Of a stretch of DNA of 64,000 nucleotides, positions 38,801-48,104 are shown in pieces. The position numbers were made by a program, and so were the translations under genes. The notes beneath the pieces are model-generated. The model was not told the DNA's origin. It searched no databases and saw nothing but the letters and a program-made list of their open reading frames with translations. Within the stretch, counting starts at the first letter, position 1; each line of letters starts with the position of its first letter. Where the stretch lies: the NCBI GenBank assembly GCA_963801355.1, contig CAWDEM010000008.1, positions 2,144,001 through 2,208,000 on the forward strand, read 5' to 3'. This DNA is from Ignavibacteriota bacterium (GTDB taxonomy: Bacteria > Bacteroidota > Ignavibacteria > UBA10030 > UBA6906).

Positions 38801-41430
38801 GCGATATCGACAACGCCTTGATTCAAGTACGATGGCGTTTCCGCCCATGACGTGCCCCCGTTGGTAGTGTGATATATCGTTGATGACCCTGTGGCAGCCC
38901 AACCGTTGTTCGCATCAATGAAAAATGCTCGAATGATCGTATTTCTTGTTCCAGGCGACAGTTGCAGCCAGCTCGATCCCCCGTTTGTCGTGCGGAGAAA
39001 CGTGCCGTTGTTCCTCCACACCCATCCCATCGATGGGTTGATAAATGTGACACCCCCGTTATTGATTGTCGAGCTGTATTGGTGGGACCATGAATGGCCA
39101 CCGTCTGCCGTGGTGAATATTATCCCCCCCATTGCCGCAGACCCCACCGTCACCCACCCCCTGAACTGATCAACAAAGCATATTCCCGTGAGCCCTTCGG
39201 AGACCGGTAATTGGTGTATTGTCCAGGTGTTTCCACCATCAGTTGTGTGGAGTGTGATCCCGTTTCCCGAGATCAACCATCCGCACTCAGTGTTCACAAA
39301 CGAAGCTTTCCAGATGTGTTCGAGTGTAGCGCGGGGTTGCGGGAACCAGGTAGTAGGAGCGGCGGGCATCGTGAATTCATGGTCCTTGCTGTATGCCATG
39401 CCTTCACTGCTGCGTGCCACCGCGCGCATATGATACGTCTGCCCAGCTTCAAATCCCGTCACGAGCCCGCTCATCGTCCTCACATCAAAGATCGTTCCTG
39501 TGACGGGGTTATCGGCAGCGGGGACCGACAGCCCATAACTTGTCGTTGGGCCGTATTCAAAAGTCACAGTGACGGATCCGCCATTAGGCACGACACCTGT
39601 GCTGAATTGAAGCGAATTCCAGAAGAGGTTCTCGGCATACGCACCACCATACGCCAGTTCCGGTGCCAGGGGCAGCCGATGCAACACGAGCGTGTATTCT
39701 CCGTACGGCAATGCACTGGCATTGAGATTCGGCCCTGGCGGCTCTGTCACTCCCCTCCTTGTGTTTCCTGATTCCGGAAGCGGGGTATCCGGCGTCCCGC
39801 TGTTGGGAAATGGACCGGTTGAGGACGATGAAGAACCTCGAATGTAGTAGAGACCATCCGATGGAAGAGTGTAACACAGAAGTGAGTGACGTGGGGTCCC
39901 TCCCGAGATGGCGTGAAGCGAGAGGAGTTGCCCCGATGATGTCCAGAGACCCAGTCTTACCTCCACTTGTGAGTAAAGCCGCTCGGTGGCGAGGATGTAG
40001 ACCGTGTCGCCGGCGTTCCCCATGAATTTGTAGTAGTCAACATCAGTGTCATATAGGAGGGTGGCCTCAAGGGAATCCCCATACTCAACGTAGTTGGCCT
40101 GGGAGGGAGTCCCATTTGGCTCGATCTCCGCGACAAATCCGGTAGAACTGATCGTGAAGACCTGGTCACTCGTGTCAGCAACCGACGGCATGTCCGTTGC
40201 ACTCACCCTCACCTTGCATGTCGAAGATGGTGCGTCCGGAACCGTCCAGGAATACGATCCAGCCGAAGCCGGAGTCGATGCAGCCACCGTCATCCAACCC
40301 AACCCGTCATCGGTCGTGAGTTCAATCTTGACCATGGCTACGTTCTGGCTTGACCATCTAATCTTCTTCGCTAACCCGATCTTCCAGTTCTCCTCCCCGT
40401 TAGGAAACTGAAGTGTCAGGACGGGCGTCGAAGGGGAGGTATACATGGCAACGGGGGGATAGTTGCTGTTGCCATACACGGCTGCGTATGCGGTGTCACC
40501 ACCTGGGCTGAAGGCCAACGCGCGCGGTCGCTCGTTGACGTCGCCTGCCAGACCAAAGACCCACGACAAGCTGTCCATGACTCTGTCTGTTGCCGGGTTA
40601 TACGCATACCATGTACCCGGAGTGAGGGACGTCGATGTATCGGGATGACGGTTCGGCGGGTCTGCGTATGATCCTGCACTCACCCAGAGAAAGTTGGTTT
40701 TCAGGTTCCAGGCGAAAGACTCTGCATCAAATCCCTTGAGGACCGTGTCTTCACAAACGAACGGGCCGGTTGACAGATCGGAGGTTGTGTACTTGTACAT
40801 GGCATGGTTTGTGTAGCCGGCCCAGTAAATCGTTTTTCCATCGCGTGAGACTTCGAAGGATCGCGAATACCCAAGCGATGCATTGATGGCAACGCGTTTA
40901 AAGATGAGGTTGCGATCATAGATCTTGACAGACCGGCCAGGCACGACACTGGCAACATAGATGTCTCCAACGGCGGATACGGCCGGGGCGGTCAGTGTGT
41001 TCCCGGAATCGGGAACGACCTTTCCAAGACCCGCTCCCGTCAAGTAAGATACCCGATACAGGGTACCACCGGACGCAATAAGAATATTCCCTTCGGCATC
41101 CGTGCGCAAGCCTCTGTTCGAGCTGCTGAGCGTGTCCACACGCCCGTCAACACTAATTGTGTTAAACCCTGAGAACGACGCAGGAGTGCCATCTGGATAG
41201 AAAACAAAGATCTGTCTTGTCGGAACCTTTGTCGCTCCATCATACAACGTGTCGGTCGCACCGAAGAGCTGGATCCAGATCTTACCCTCCGGGTCGACCG
41301 CGAGCCCGTGACAGCCATCTCCACCCACGAAGCTTGCAGAAGGAAAGTGACGGACGAACCTCCACTGACTTCCGCAGGGCCATGCACTCAACATTGAGGC
41401 AAGGCATACGAGCAAGAGCTTCCTATTCAT
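35815..41430 (-). CDS. 1871-aa T9SS cargo: N-terminal beta-propeller, 2x [Ig-like, PPC, FN3-like, YCF48/BNR propeller], T9SS CTD
   Basis: Signal MNRKLLLVCL; two (S/F)PNG.E.WK.G, two E.EPN...AN/DVDY, many T.DGG.TW Asp-boxes; QNYPNPFNP tail. Confidence 0.88.
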   Translation of the reverse strand: MNRKLLLVCLASMLSAWPCGSQWRFVRHFPSASFVGGDGCHGLAVDPEGKIWIQLFGATDTLYDGATKVPTRQIFVFYPDGTPASFSGFNTISVDGRVDTLSSSNRGLRTDAEGNILIASGGTLYRVSYLTGAGLGKVVPDSGNTLTAPAVSAVGDIYVASVVPGRSVKIYDRNLIFKRVAINASLGYSRSFEVSRDGKTIYWAGYTNHAMYKYTTSDLSTGPFVCEDTVLKGFDAESFAWNLKTNFLWVSAGSYADPPNRHPDTSTSLTPGTWYAYNPATDRVMDSLSWVFGLAGDVNERPRALAFSPGGDTAYAAVYGNSNYPPVAMYTSPSTPVLTLQFPNGEENWKIGLAKKIRWSSQNVAMVKIELTTDDGLGWMTVAASTPASAGSYSWTVPDAPSSTCKVRVSATDMPSVADTSDQVFTISSTGFVAEIEPNGTPSQANYVEYGDSLEATLLYDTDVDYYKFMGNAGDTVYILATERLYSQVEVRLGLWTSSGQLLSLHAISGGTPRHSLLCYTLPSDGLYYIRGSSSSSTGPFPNSGTPDTPLPESGNTRRGVTEPPGPNLNASALPYGEYTLVLHRLPLAPELAYGGAYAENLFWNSLQFSTGVVPNGGSVTVTFEYGPTTSYGLSVPAADNPVTGTIFDVRTMSGLVTGFEAGQTYHMRAVARSSEGMAYSKDHEFTMPAAPTTWFPQPRATLEHIWKASFVNTECGWLISGNGITLHTTDGGNTWTIHQLPVSEGLTGICFVDQFRGWVTVGSAAMGGIIFTTADGGHSWSHQYSSTINNGGVTFINPSMGWVWRNNGTFLRTTNGGSSWLQLSPGTRNTIIRAFFIDANNGWAATGSSTIYHTTNGGTSWAETPSYLNQGVVDIAFYGTKYGWALPSFGVVARTTDGGASWTPHPTGEDKWPMQTLAFADSMNGWIGGYHGRLYITTDGGVTWNREETGTFNDLTTVALKNLPSPVLVGLGGTILRKPYVHLQSPNGKEVWKVGSTKTIRWGAWAIGDVELWLTVDSGATWSSLGVVPAGGSSKALIVPNSPSLTCKVRIASVDSASFVDLSDTTFAIAVVGPSTEAEPNNSASVANSIVYGDTVYGTISPPNDVDYFFFAASAGDTVEILAGERTNGQFYATVVLFDSAGRILAHGYTDAGPPYSQHLVHMIPASGLYFLRYSSSGSSGNFPNATVGRGNKDAVSNSEPPIRAAARLEDGGIDSGRRSSQMLAATGDYSITLRRFVPPPPVVSSVWVNSYLYNAIQFFGYVEPRGAKTFVSFEYGTDSSFGKSVPAIPNSVAALTGTFSVKSVVLADLISDTTYHVRVKAVSQGGTTYGSAFQFRTPMPPDGWEIQNSNITTTLVSTSLPNPRQGIIAGSPGIILTTTNGGAVWAQGTLSTYQGFNAASFLDPSKACVVGDEGIVLRTADAGATWDQTTDPMSTNFYGVHFAPSTVGIIVGSSGRILRTTNAALSWTPVSSGVAATLFDVTFAENGCGWVVGGGETILYTTDSGLSWSPQGTSDDYSALRSVSFGNYTTGVAVGDGGVILRTTDAGTTWTRIATGFSNSLSGVWCLDSLRACAVGTDGLILRTSDAGLTWRRQGSGTTWSLRDVSFVGREIGTIVGDNGFILRTTVPKPTWSAMLTLEDPSGSNGWLIFGQAPSATDGFDSTFNEYPLPPRLSTVSLDRRFIMPSQSGMTSLTDIRSDTLSSILWTFSFHPASCGYPITLEWDSIGLPPGTMMLKDRTAGRTVNVNMKSRQSYTLADSTIDTLDIQYFSATTAADNEVVLPLSFCLEQNYPNPFNPSTTIKYELPKSSEVRLSVFDMLGREVLGLVNERREAGYHEIKFDASGLASGVYFYRLQAGSFVETRKLLLVR

Positions 41431-41806
41431 CGTTGGCCCCTTTCGATGCTTAAAAGTGTGCAGCATGCTCAGCGATGCTCGTAAGACGTTGCCATTCCCT
41501 CCCGGAGCATCTTCTGGAACATCTCTCGTAGACAACGAAGCCGACCAGAACTGTCTTGAGAGTGGCTGCTCATAGTCCACAGGTCGCCCGAGTGGGCTCT
41601 GTGACGGAAAAACTGGAGTAGAGTCCAGACCAGTGGCTCGATGACTTCTACGTCATACCTTGGACACGGATTGGCGCGATGGCTGGGAAGCTTCGGTAAT
41701 ACGCACGAGAGATGGGAGTGTAAGAGCAGTAGCAAGAATCGGACTCGCGCCCTCAGGTCTCATACGGCACCGCCCCGTCCACCGCATGGAGACCTATGTG
41801 GACCTG

Positions 41807-41836
41807 AATATACATACCCCCCACCAGGATTGTCAA
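41807..41836 (-). promoter_or_regulatory. sigma70-type promoter upstream of the giant T9SS gene
   Basis: TTGACA-18 nt-TATATT. Confidence 0.65.
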
Positions 41837-41880
41837 TTCCGGAAAGTCTGATACCCTTGTAGGATTTTAGGAAGTTTTCG

Positions 41881-41898
41881 TGTAGGACTATTCCTACA
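41881..41898. promoter_or_regulatory. palindromic putative transcription-factor site
   Basis: TGTAGGA-ctat-TCCTACA, with further TGTAGGA/TAGGA half-sites at 41858-41872, 20-60 bp upstream of the -35. Confidence 0.55.
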
Positions 41899-42004
41899 CA
41901 ACACCTGCGGAAAAGGTTCTCTGAAGCCCCTTATTACCTCACTTCCAAGCCCTTTAGGAGCCCGAACACCGCACAGCGTCATTACTCCAGATGAATCCGC
42001 CCAT

Positions 42005-44149
42005 TCAGAATTGCGGCACGATTCCGAGATATCGGAACAAGAATGCATAGGTGTCTGCTGTGACTTCGAGGCGTTTGGTCGTGCTGCTCGCACCATGGCC
42101 TGACTTAGTTTCGATCCTGATCAGAACGGGAGCGGGTCCGCGGTGCATCTCCTGCAGGGTTGCGGCGAATTTGAACGAATGTGCTGGCACGACACGATCA
42201 TCGTGATCTGCGGTCGTGATGATGGTCGCGGGATATGAAACACCTGCCCGAAGATTATGCAGAGGTGAGTACCGGTACAGGTACTCAAACATTGTTGAGT
42301 CCTCGCTCGTCCCGTAGTCGGGAGCCCAATTCCAGCCGATGGTGAAGCGGTGATAGCGGAGCATATCCATGACCCCGACTGCAGGAAGGGCGACGGCAAA
42401 GAGGTCGGGGCGTTGCGTCATGACTGCTCCCACGAGAAGACCACCGTTCGATGCACCTTGCATGGCGAGGTGTTTCGGAGATGTGTATTTATTCGCGATG
42501 AGCCACTCGGCAGCCGCTATGAAGTCATCAAAGACGTTCTGTTTCTTTGCTCTCGTCCCCGCCTGATGCCACTGTTCCCCATACTCGCCACCGCCCCGGA
42601 GATTTACCGACACGTACACGAATCCCTGCTCAAGCAACGAGATCTTCAGGGGATCAAACGTCGGAATCTGTGTACTATTGAAGCCTCCGTATCCGTAGAG
42701 AAGTGTAGGAAGTGATCCATCAAGAGCGAGGTCCTTTCGATGGACTATGAACATCGGAATGCGCGTGCCGTCCTTACTCGAGAAGAATACCTGCTTCGTG
42801 AGATATTGCTCTGGGGTGAAAGGCACTTTGACGGTTCGGAAGATGTTCGATACGTTTGTCCTGAAGTTGTACTCATAGATGGCGGTCGGGTATGTGAATG
42901 AGGTAAAGCTGTAGTACCCGATCGTGTCTTTCCGACTTCCGACGATGACTGAGATCGTCCCTGGGGCGGGCGGAGTAATTTCCCGTTCAAATCGTCCCTG
43001 AAGGTCGTACAGGTAGAGCCGTGTGACGACATCCTTCAGATAGACCGCAACGATACGGTTGCCCACGATGTTAACATCGCGAAGCGGCGAATCTTGCTCG
43101 GGGAGGATGGTCTTCCAGTGTTGTTCATCAGGATGCTCAGCATCGATCAAGACGACCTTGCCATTCAACGCCCCGTGGTCGGTATACACGTAGAATTTGC
43201 CTTCCACATGGTCGATCACATCGTACGTGTCTTCGAACGTTGTAACAATGGGATGGAAGGGTTCATCCAGCTGGGCGGCTTTCCGAATGAAAAAGGCATT
43301 CCCCCTCTTTCCCGATCCGTGGTCAGAGATGGTCAGAATGTCGTACTTCTCGTCATCAGTCGTGCCAACAGAGTTGAGGCGTTTCGGAAAACGTGAGTTC
43401 TCAAAGATAAGTTGATCGTCAACTTGTGGAGTGTTCAGTCGGTGAAAGTACACTTTATGATTCTCGTTGGATGCAGAGAGCGCTTTGGCTGTGTCTTTCG
43501 GTGCATCGTAGCAGCTATAGTAGAAACCGTCCCCTTCCCACGAAATGTCGGAAAACTTGGTCCACCTGATGACTTCCGGAAGCTGACGGCGTGTGGCCAC
43601 TTCCATGATGAGAATGTCATTCCAATCTGAGCCTCCACGTGAAATCCCGTACGCAACGTATTTCATGTCTTTTGAGAAGCTCAAGACGCCAAGGCGCGAC
43701 GTTCCGTCTTTTGAGAAGGCATTAGGGTCGAGAAGAACCTCGGCCTGTCCCTTATCGCCCTTTTGGATATAGACCACCGACTGATTCTGCAGCCCGCTAT
43801 TCTTCGAGTAGACAATGTATCCTTCACGGCGCCTTGGAACCGTGAATTTGGGATAATTGTAAAGGACCTGAATCCGGTGCAGCAGTTGCTGTCGGTAAGG
43901 AATGTCATCGAGATAGCGGCTGGTAACGGCGTTCTCTGCTGCAACCCACTCCGCAACCGCTCGGGATGTGTCATCCTCTAGCCATCGATATGGATCTGGT
44001 ACCGCAGTACCGAAGAAGTTGTCGACAATTCCAACCTTCGCCGTTCTGGGATATGTGATCGGAGTGTCGCTCTCCTGAGACGCAGCGACATAGATTTCGA
44101 CGGATAACGACACGGACAGCATGACAACGGTGCGCAGATAGTGATTCAT
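42005..44149 (-). CDS. prolyl oligopeptidase (S9A), exported
   Basis: DPYRWLED, LLYGYGGF, NLRGGGEYG, GASNGGLL, DHDDRVVP, SGHG. Confidence 0.96.
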   Translation of the reverse strand: MNHYLRTVVMLSVSLSVEIYVAASQESDTPITYPRTAKVGIVDNFFGTAVPDPYRWLEDDTSRAVAEWVAAENAVTSRYLDDIPYRQQLLHRIQVLYNYPKFTVPRRREGYIVYSKNSGLQNQSVVYIQKGDKGQAEVLLDPNAFSKDGTSRLGVLSFSKDMKYVAYGISRGGSDWNDILIMEVATRRQLPEVIRWTKFSDISWEGDGFYYSCYDAPKDTAKALSASNENHKVYFHRLNTPQVDDQLIFENSRFPKRLNSVGTTDDEKYDILTISDHGSGKRGNAFFIRKAAQLDEPFHPIVTTFEDTYDVIDHVEGKFYVYTDHGALNGKVVLIDAEHPDEQHWKTILPEQDSPLRDVNIVGNRIVAVYLKDVVTRLYLYDLQGRFEREITPPAPGTISVIVGSRKDTIGYYSFTSFTYPTAIYEYNFRTNVSNIFRTVKVPFTPEQYLTKQVFFSSKDGTRIPMFIVHRKDLALDGSLPTLLYGYGGFNSTQIPTFDPLKISLLEQGFVYVSVNLRGGGEYGEQWHQAGTRAKKQNVFDDFIAAAEWLIANKYTSPKHLAMQGASNGGLLVGAVMTQRPDLFAVALPAVGVMDMLRYHRFTIGWNWAPDYGTSEDSTMFEYLYRYSPLHNLRAGVSYPATIITTADHDDRVVPAHSFKFAATLQEMHRGPAPVLIRIETKSGHGASSTTKRLEVTADTYAFLFRYLGIVPQF

Positions 44150-44157
44150 GTGGTACC

Positions 44158-44340
44158 TCAGTATGCAAGGAGGTAAGATCGCAGCGTTCGTGTGGAATTC
44201 GTGTGAATCTTGGAGGAACGAGAAAACTTGAGGGCCACAAGACGATCAAGCTTCGTGTCCTCGGCTTTATAGACGACTCCCATGCCGCCTTCGCCGAGCT
44301 TTTCGAGGATCTTGCAGTGGGAAACTGTTTTGCCGACCAC
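44158..44340 (-). pseudogene. N-terminal stump of a Hanks-type Ser/Thr kinase
   Basis: [38 protein letters not shown] (subdomains I-II), then unrelated sequence. Confidence 0.88.
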
Positions 44341-44398
44341 GGGACCCCCCGGGGGCGTGTTTGATTCCTACGGCACGAAGAGCCAACGGTACGGCGGC

Positions 44399-44427
44399 AA
44401 TATACACTAGGGTGGGATGGTAGTCAA
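44399..44427 (-). promoter_or_regulatory. sigma70-type promoter ahead of the kinase stump and prolyl oligopeptidase
   Basis: TTGACT-17 nt-TATATT. Confidence 0.65.
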
Positions 44428-44544
44428 ACAAGTTGGTCAACGAAATGACCTGTGATTTCCATCCTCTTCACCTAATGGAAGACCCATTGGCAGCCCCTCT
44501 TTACCTGGTTCAAAGACCCTTTTCACTCCCTCTAAACCCCGACA

Positions 44545-44742
44545 TTACACTGCCCCCTTGCTTCACACATCGTCCTGGAACTCCTGGAGCTCGTTCATGT
44601 CCTTCAGGATCGTCATCTCCTGATTCCCTCCCGACACCGGCAACCCTTCGGGAGCAGTATCCTTGTTCAGGGACTCCAGCAGTCTGTTCCTGTGCCTCGA
44701 ATCGTTCAACTTTGCCAGTATTCTCTTCGCTTTCGCGCTCAT
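44545..44742 (-). repeat. copy B (longest) of the 23-codon element, within a 65-codon frame interrupted by TGA
   Basis: MSAKAKRILAKLNDSRHRNRLLESLNKDTAPEGLPVSGGNQEMTILKDMNELQEFQDDV*SKGAV*. Confidence 0.7.
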
Positions 44743-44821
44743 GGGGTGGTAGGAGTGGGTTTTAGAACATCAGACGCATATATGGATTGACGCGCGACAG
44801 AAGTACTGCAATGCCAATCGG

Positions 44822-45325
44822 TTGAATCTCTCTTTGCTGATATCTATATTTTCCTGTAGAGTCGAGGTCAAGTTGACTGACCATCAGGGGAAAGCCACAC
44901 CGAGCCTATCGCCGAATCCTGCCGTCGGGAGCTCAGAAAGACATCTGATTTCACGTGCAATTTCTCTCCTCCGTGTCTTGCTCTGTCTTGCATTGACCGG
45001 TTGCGCACAAAGCAATGAGCCAACTGCGTCGGTCGAATTTGTGTTCCCCCTTGAAGCTGGAACCACGTGGCACTACACCTACAGTTGGTCCGAACATAGT
45101 ATTGCAGGTCTGCAGTCGGAACAACGCGGCCACCAAGTCTGGCGATCGATTGGACCCGAGACACCAAATTCCGTTGAGATTCTCGTCACCAGAATTGACA
45201 CAATACGCACGTGGTATTCGTACGTGGGCAGCGACACCACGACGCAGATCACACAGGTAGATACTTCCTTCTCTATCATTGTCACGCCCGACTCATTATA
45301 CATCCAAGAGTCGATGTCCCCGTAG
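44822..45325 (+). pseudogene. lipoprotein-like ORF, probably 3'-truncated
   Basis: Hydrophobic stretch with LTGC lipobox, then FPLEAGTTWHY motif; start unclear and ends abruptly. Confidence 0.5.
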
Positions 45326-45466
45326 CGGCATGTGGACCAGATAGGGCTTGTCACGTGCGGGATGCATGCGCAACATGGCAACTACTTTCGCGACGAACGG
45401 GCGTACTTGGGTCCGCCGAGGCCGCACGAGTTCCGCCCCTTCTCACTCCCCTTAGAAGCCCCTTCA

Positions 45467-45590
45467 TCACACCCTCCCTGGACTCCAAACGTCATTCTCA
45501 AATTCCTGCAGCTCATTTATCTCAGAAAGAGCCTTCATCTCCTGGTCTTTCCCGACCTGAGCCGGCGCATCCTGATCGAGCTGAAACGAG
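45467..45590 (-). repeat. copy C of the 23-codon element
   Basis: ...APAQVGKDQEMKALSEINELQEFENDVWSPGRV*, cut at its 5' end by the terminator. Confidence 0.7.
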
Positions 45591-45591
45591 C

Positions 45592-45620
45592 AAGGCCCGG
45601 TGATGAATGCCGAGCCCTTT
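45592..45620 (-). terminator. intrinsic terminator after a T9SS gene
   Basis: 20-bp identity (GGCCCGGTGATGAATGCCGA) with the hairpin at 35766-35785. Confidence 0.65.
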
Positions 45621-45642
45621 GTTCAAACCTATGGTGCGCCCG

Positions 45643-48104
45643 CTATTTTAACAAAAGCAATTTGCGCGTCTGGAGGAAATCGTCGGCTGTCAACCTGTAG
45701 AAGTACACACCGCTCGAAAGCCCGGTCCCGTCGAACTTGACTTCGTGAACCCCAGCGTCCCTCCTTTCATTCGCAAGCACGGCAACTTCTCGACCAAGAA
45801 TATCATACACACTGAGGTTCACTTGAGATGCTCTGGGCAACTCGAACTTGATGGTCGTGCTCGGGTTGAAGGGGTTAGGGTAGTTCTGGCTGAGACCAAA
45901 TTGCATTGAAGTCGCGGCATGCGCCACCGAAGTGGCCGTGGCAGTGAACTCGAAGGTATCCGCGGCTGTTGTCGGCTTCAGAGTCTTCACCTGAAACACC
46001 GAACCTGGCACGGGCAGCGTATCGCCAGGGGAGGCAACAAAGAACACCCCCCAGGAGAGTCTTGGTGATCCGGTGGAATCCGTTTCCAACATATCCACCT
46101 CGTCGAACGAAGAAATCGTCTGGTTCCCATCTGGATCGTCAAACAGGACGTCGGCCTTCCGGTTCTTAGTCAGGTTCCAAACGATGAACTTCATAGGAGA
46201 TGCATTAATCCCGAAGGCAGCTTTTGAGGTGTCGACTACAGATCCTGTTAGAGTAATACGATAGTCATATGGATCGGGGTGACCGATGACCGTCACGGGA
46301 TCGACAAACCTCTCCACAACGGCGACATTCGTGTGAAGCGTTGTATAGCTGTCGAGCCAGCGTGTGCTGTCCTGATTGATGATAGCCCGTGGCAAATCCT
46401 TCACCCGCAACCGCAGTCCGTCAAAGAGCGGTCCCTCCGTTGTGCCGTCCATTTCTGTTGCCTCCCTGACGACCTTCACTCCGACATCGCTGTCCAGCAC
46501 GTCATACGATTTCGCAAAGGACGTCGTGTCGTTGAATGTGACGCGGTACCGGTGCCCAGTGAGCGCAGCGGGATCGATGATGCTGACCGAAACTGTCGTG
46601 CCACCGCTCCCCGCGATATGATCGACGGTCGGACCATTCTTCCTTGTTGTACGTTTAGCAAACGCACAGGTCTTTGAGGATGCGGTGTTGCTGCCGTTGC
46701 TTACCACCATCTTCAGAATAGCCTGGTCGGAATTCGCCAGTGCTGTCATCCCTATCTTCCGCACCTGAACGATTGTGTCGGGATGGGCGACATAGGCGTC
46801 TGCCTGTACAAATGTCTCACCACCATCGGCGCTGTACATGGCCGCAACAGAGAGCGTCGACCATTTCGAATCTCCAAGAAAAAGAGAGATCTCGAGGGAA
46901 TCCGACATAAAGGGGATGCCAGTGGTGAAGTCGTCATCGAGCACCTTGACAAAGGGCATTCCGGTAGTGGAATTGCTGATGGAGAAGCTCCCTGACCGAG
47001 TGACACCATAGATATGACGATCCGCGTTCTTGAGGTAAACTGCAATCTGACCGAATGAACAATCCCCCACGCGCGCAGTATTCCAATTGTAGCTTCCCGT
47101 ATTCGGTTCGGAACGACTGATCAGGCCCCAGGTATCCCCCAGATCCGGACTGAACCAGATCTCCACGCTGTCGCCGACGGTCGTGCTGGTCCAGGTAATG
47201 GATTCGATTCCTTTCAGAGTCCGGTGGGACTTCAGGTTGGAAAGCGTGATCGCTCCCGGCTGCTTCTTATATTTATCGAACACCCACGGGAAGAGGTAGG
47301 GATAGTTGTAGGCTTGGCTCCACGTCAATCCGGTATGGTCGCCGTTCTGAAACTCTGTATAGAATAGAAGAGATCGGCATGGCTTTGCACGTACATGGCA
47401 ATCGTGCTGTCGGGAAGAACGGTGCAGTCGAGATTGTGGCAATGTGTGTACACGACCGGCCGCCCGATGATGTGAAGAGCATTGATCATATCCCGCGAAT
47501 ACTGGACAGGGACGATCGCATCGATCGCACCGTGAAAATCCCAGATCGGCACGCCGACGCAATTGATGGCATATGCTGGGTCTCCACCGCCGCTCATAGG
47601 GACCGCGGCAGCGAATCGTCCCGGGAACCGAATGATGAGGTCCCACGTCCCGAATCCTCCGTCGGAGAGGCCGGTGACATAGAATCGGTTCGTGTCGACT
47701 GCAAACTCCCGAGCAAGGGAATCGAGGATATTGTTCGCCACTGCCAGTTCCGGGCGGATAGGGAGTGAGGCACCTAGGCTCCATGTCCCGGTGTCCGAAT
47801 GCTGGGGCGAGACAACAAAACAGGGGTTCTTCGCCTGGTTCGTGGGATCGGCCCACGATGTGGCCATCGGGTAGGTTACTATTTGGCGGAGATTGTCCGT
47901 CCCGCTCTCGCCGGATCCGTGCAGGCATAAGACGATGGGGTACTTTTTGGCGCTCGAATAGCCGGTGGGGATAAAGAGGCGATACGGAAGCGTTGTCCCC
48001 ATATATGTGTGAGACCGGGAGATAAATCCCTCGTAACTAGCCTGTCCGAACATAGTGCCGGAGAGCAGGATGAAGCACACCGAGAGCGTAAACGTCTTCT
48101 TCAT
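45643..48104 (-). pseudogene. frameshifted T9SS cargo: N-terminal esterase/peptidase (alpha/beta hydrolase), Ig-like domains, CTD
   Basis: 47325-48104 has LHGSGESG, GLSDGG, FHGAID.IVP; the frame continues in the 45643 ORF after a 5-bp tandem duplication ATAGA at 47359-47368. Confidence 0.85.
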
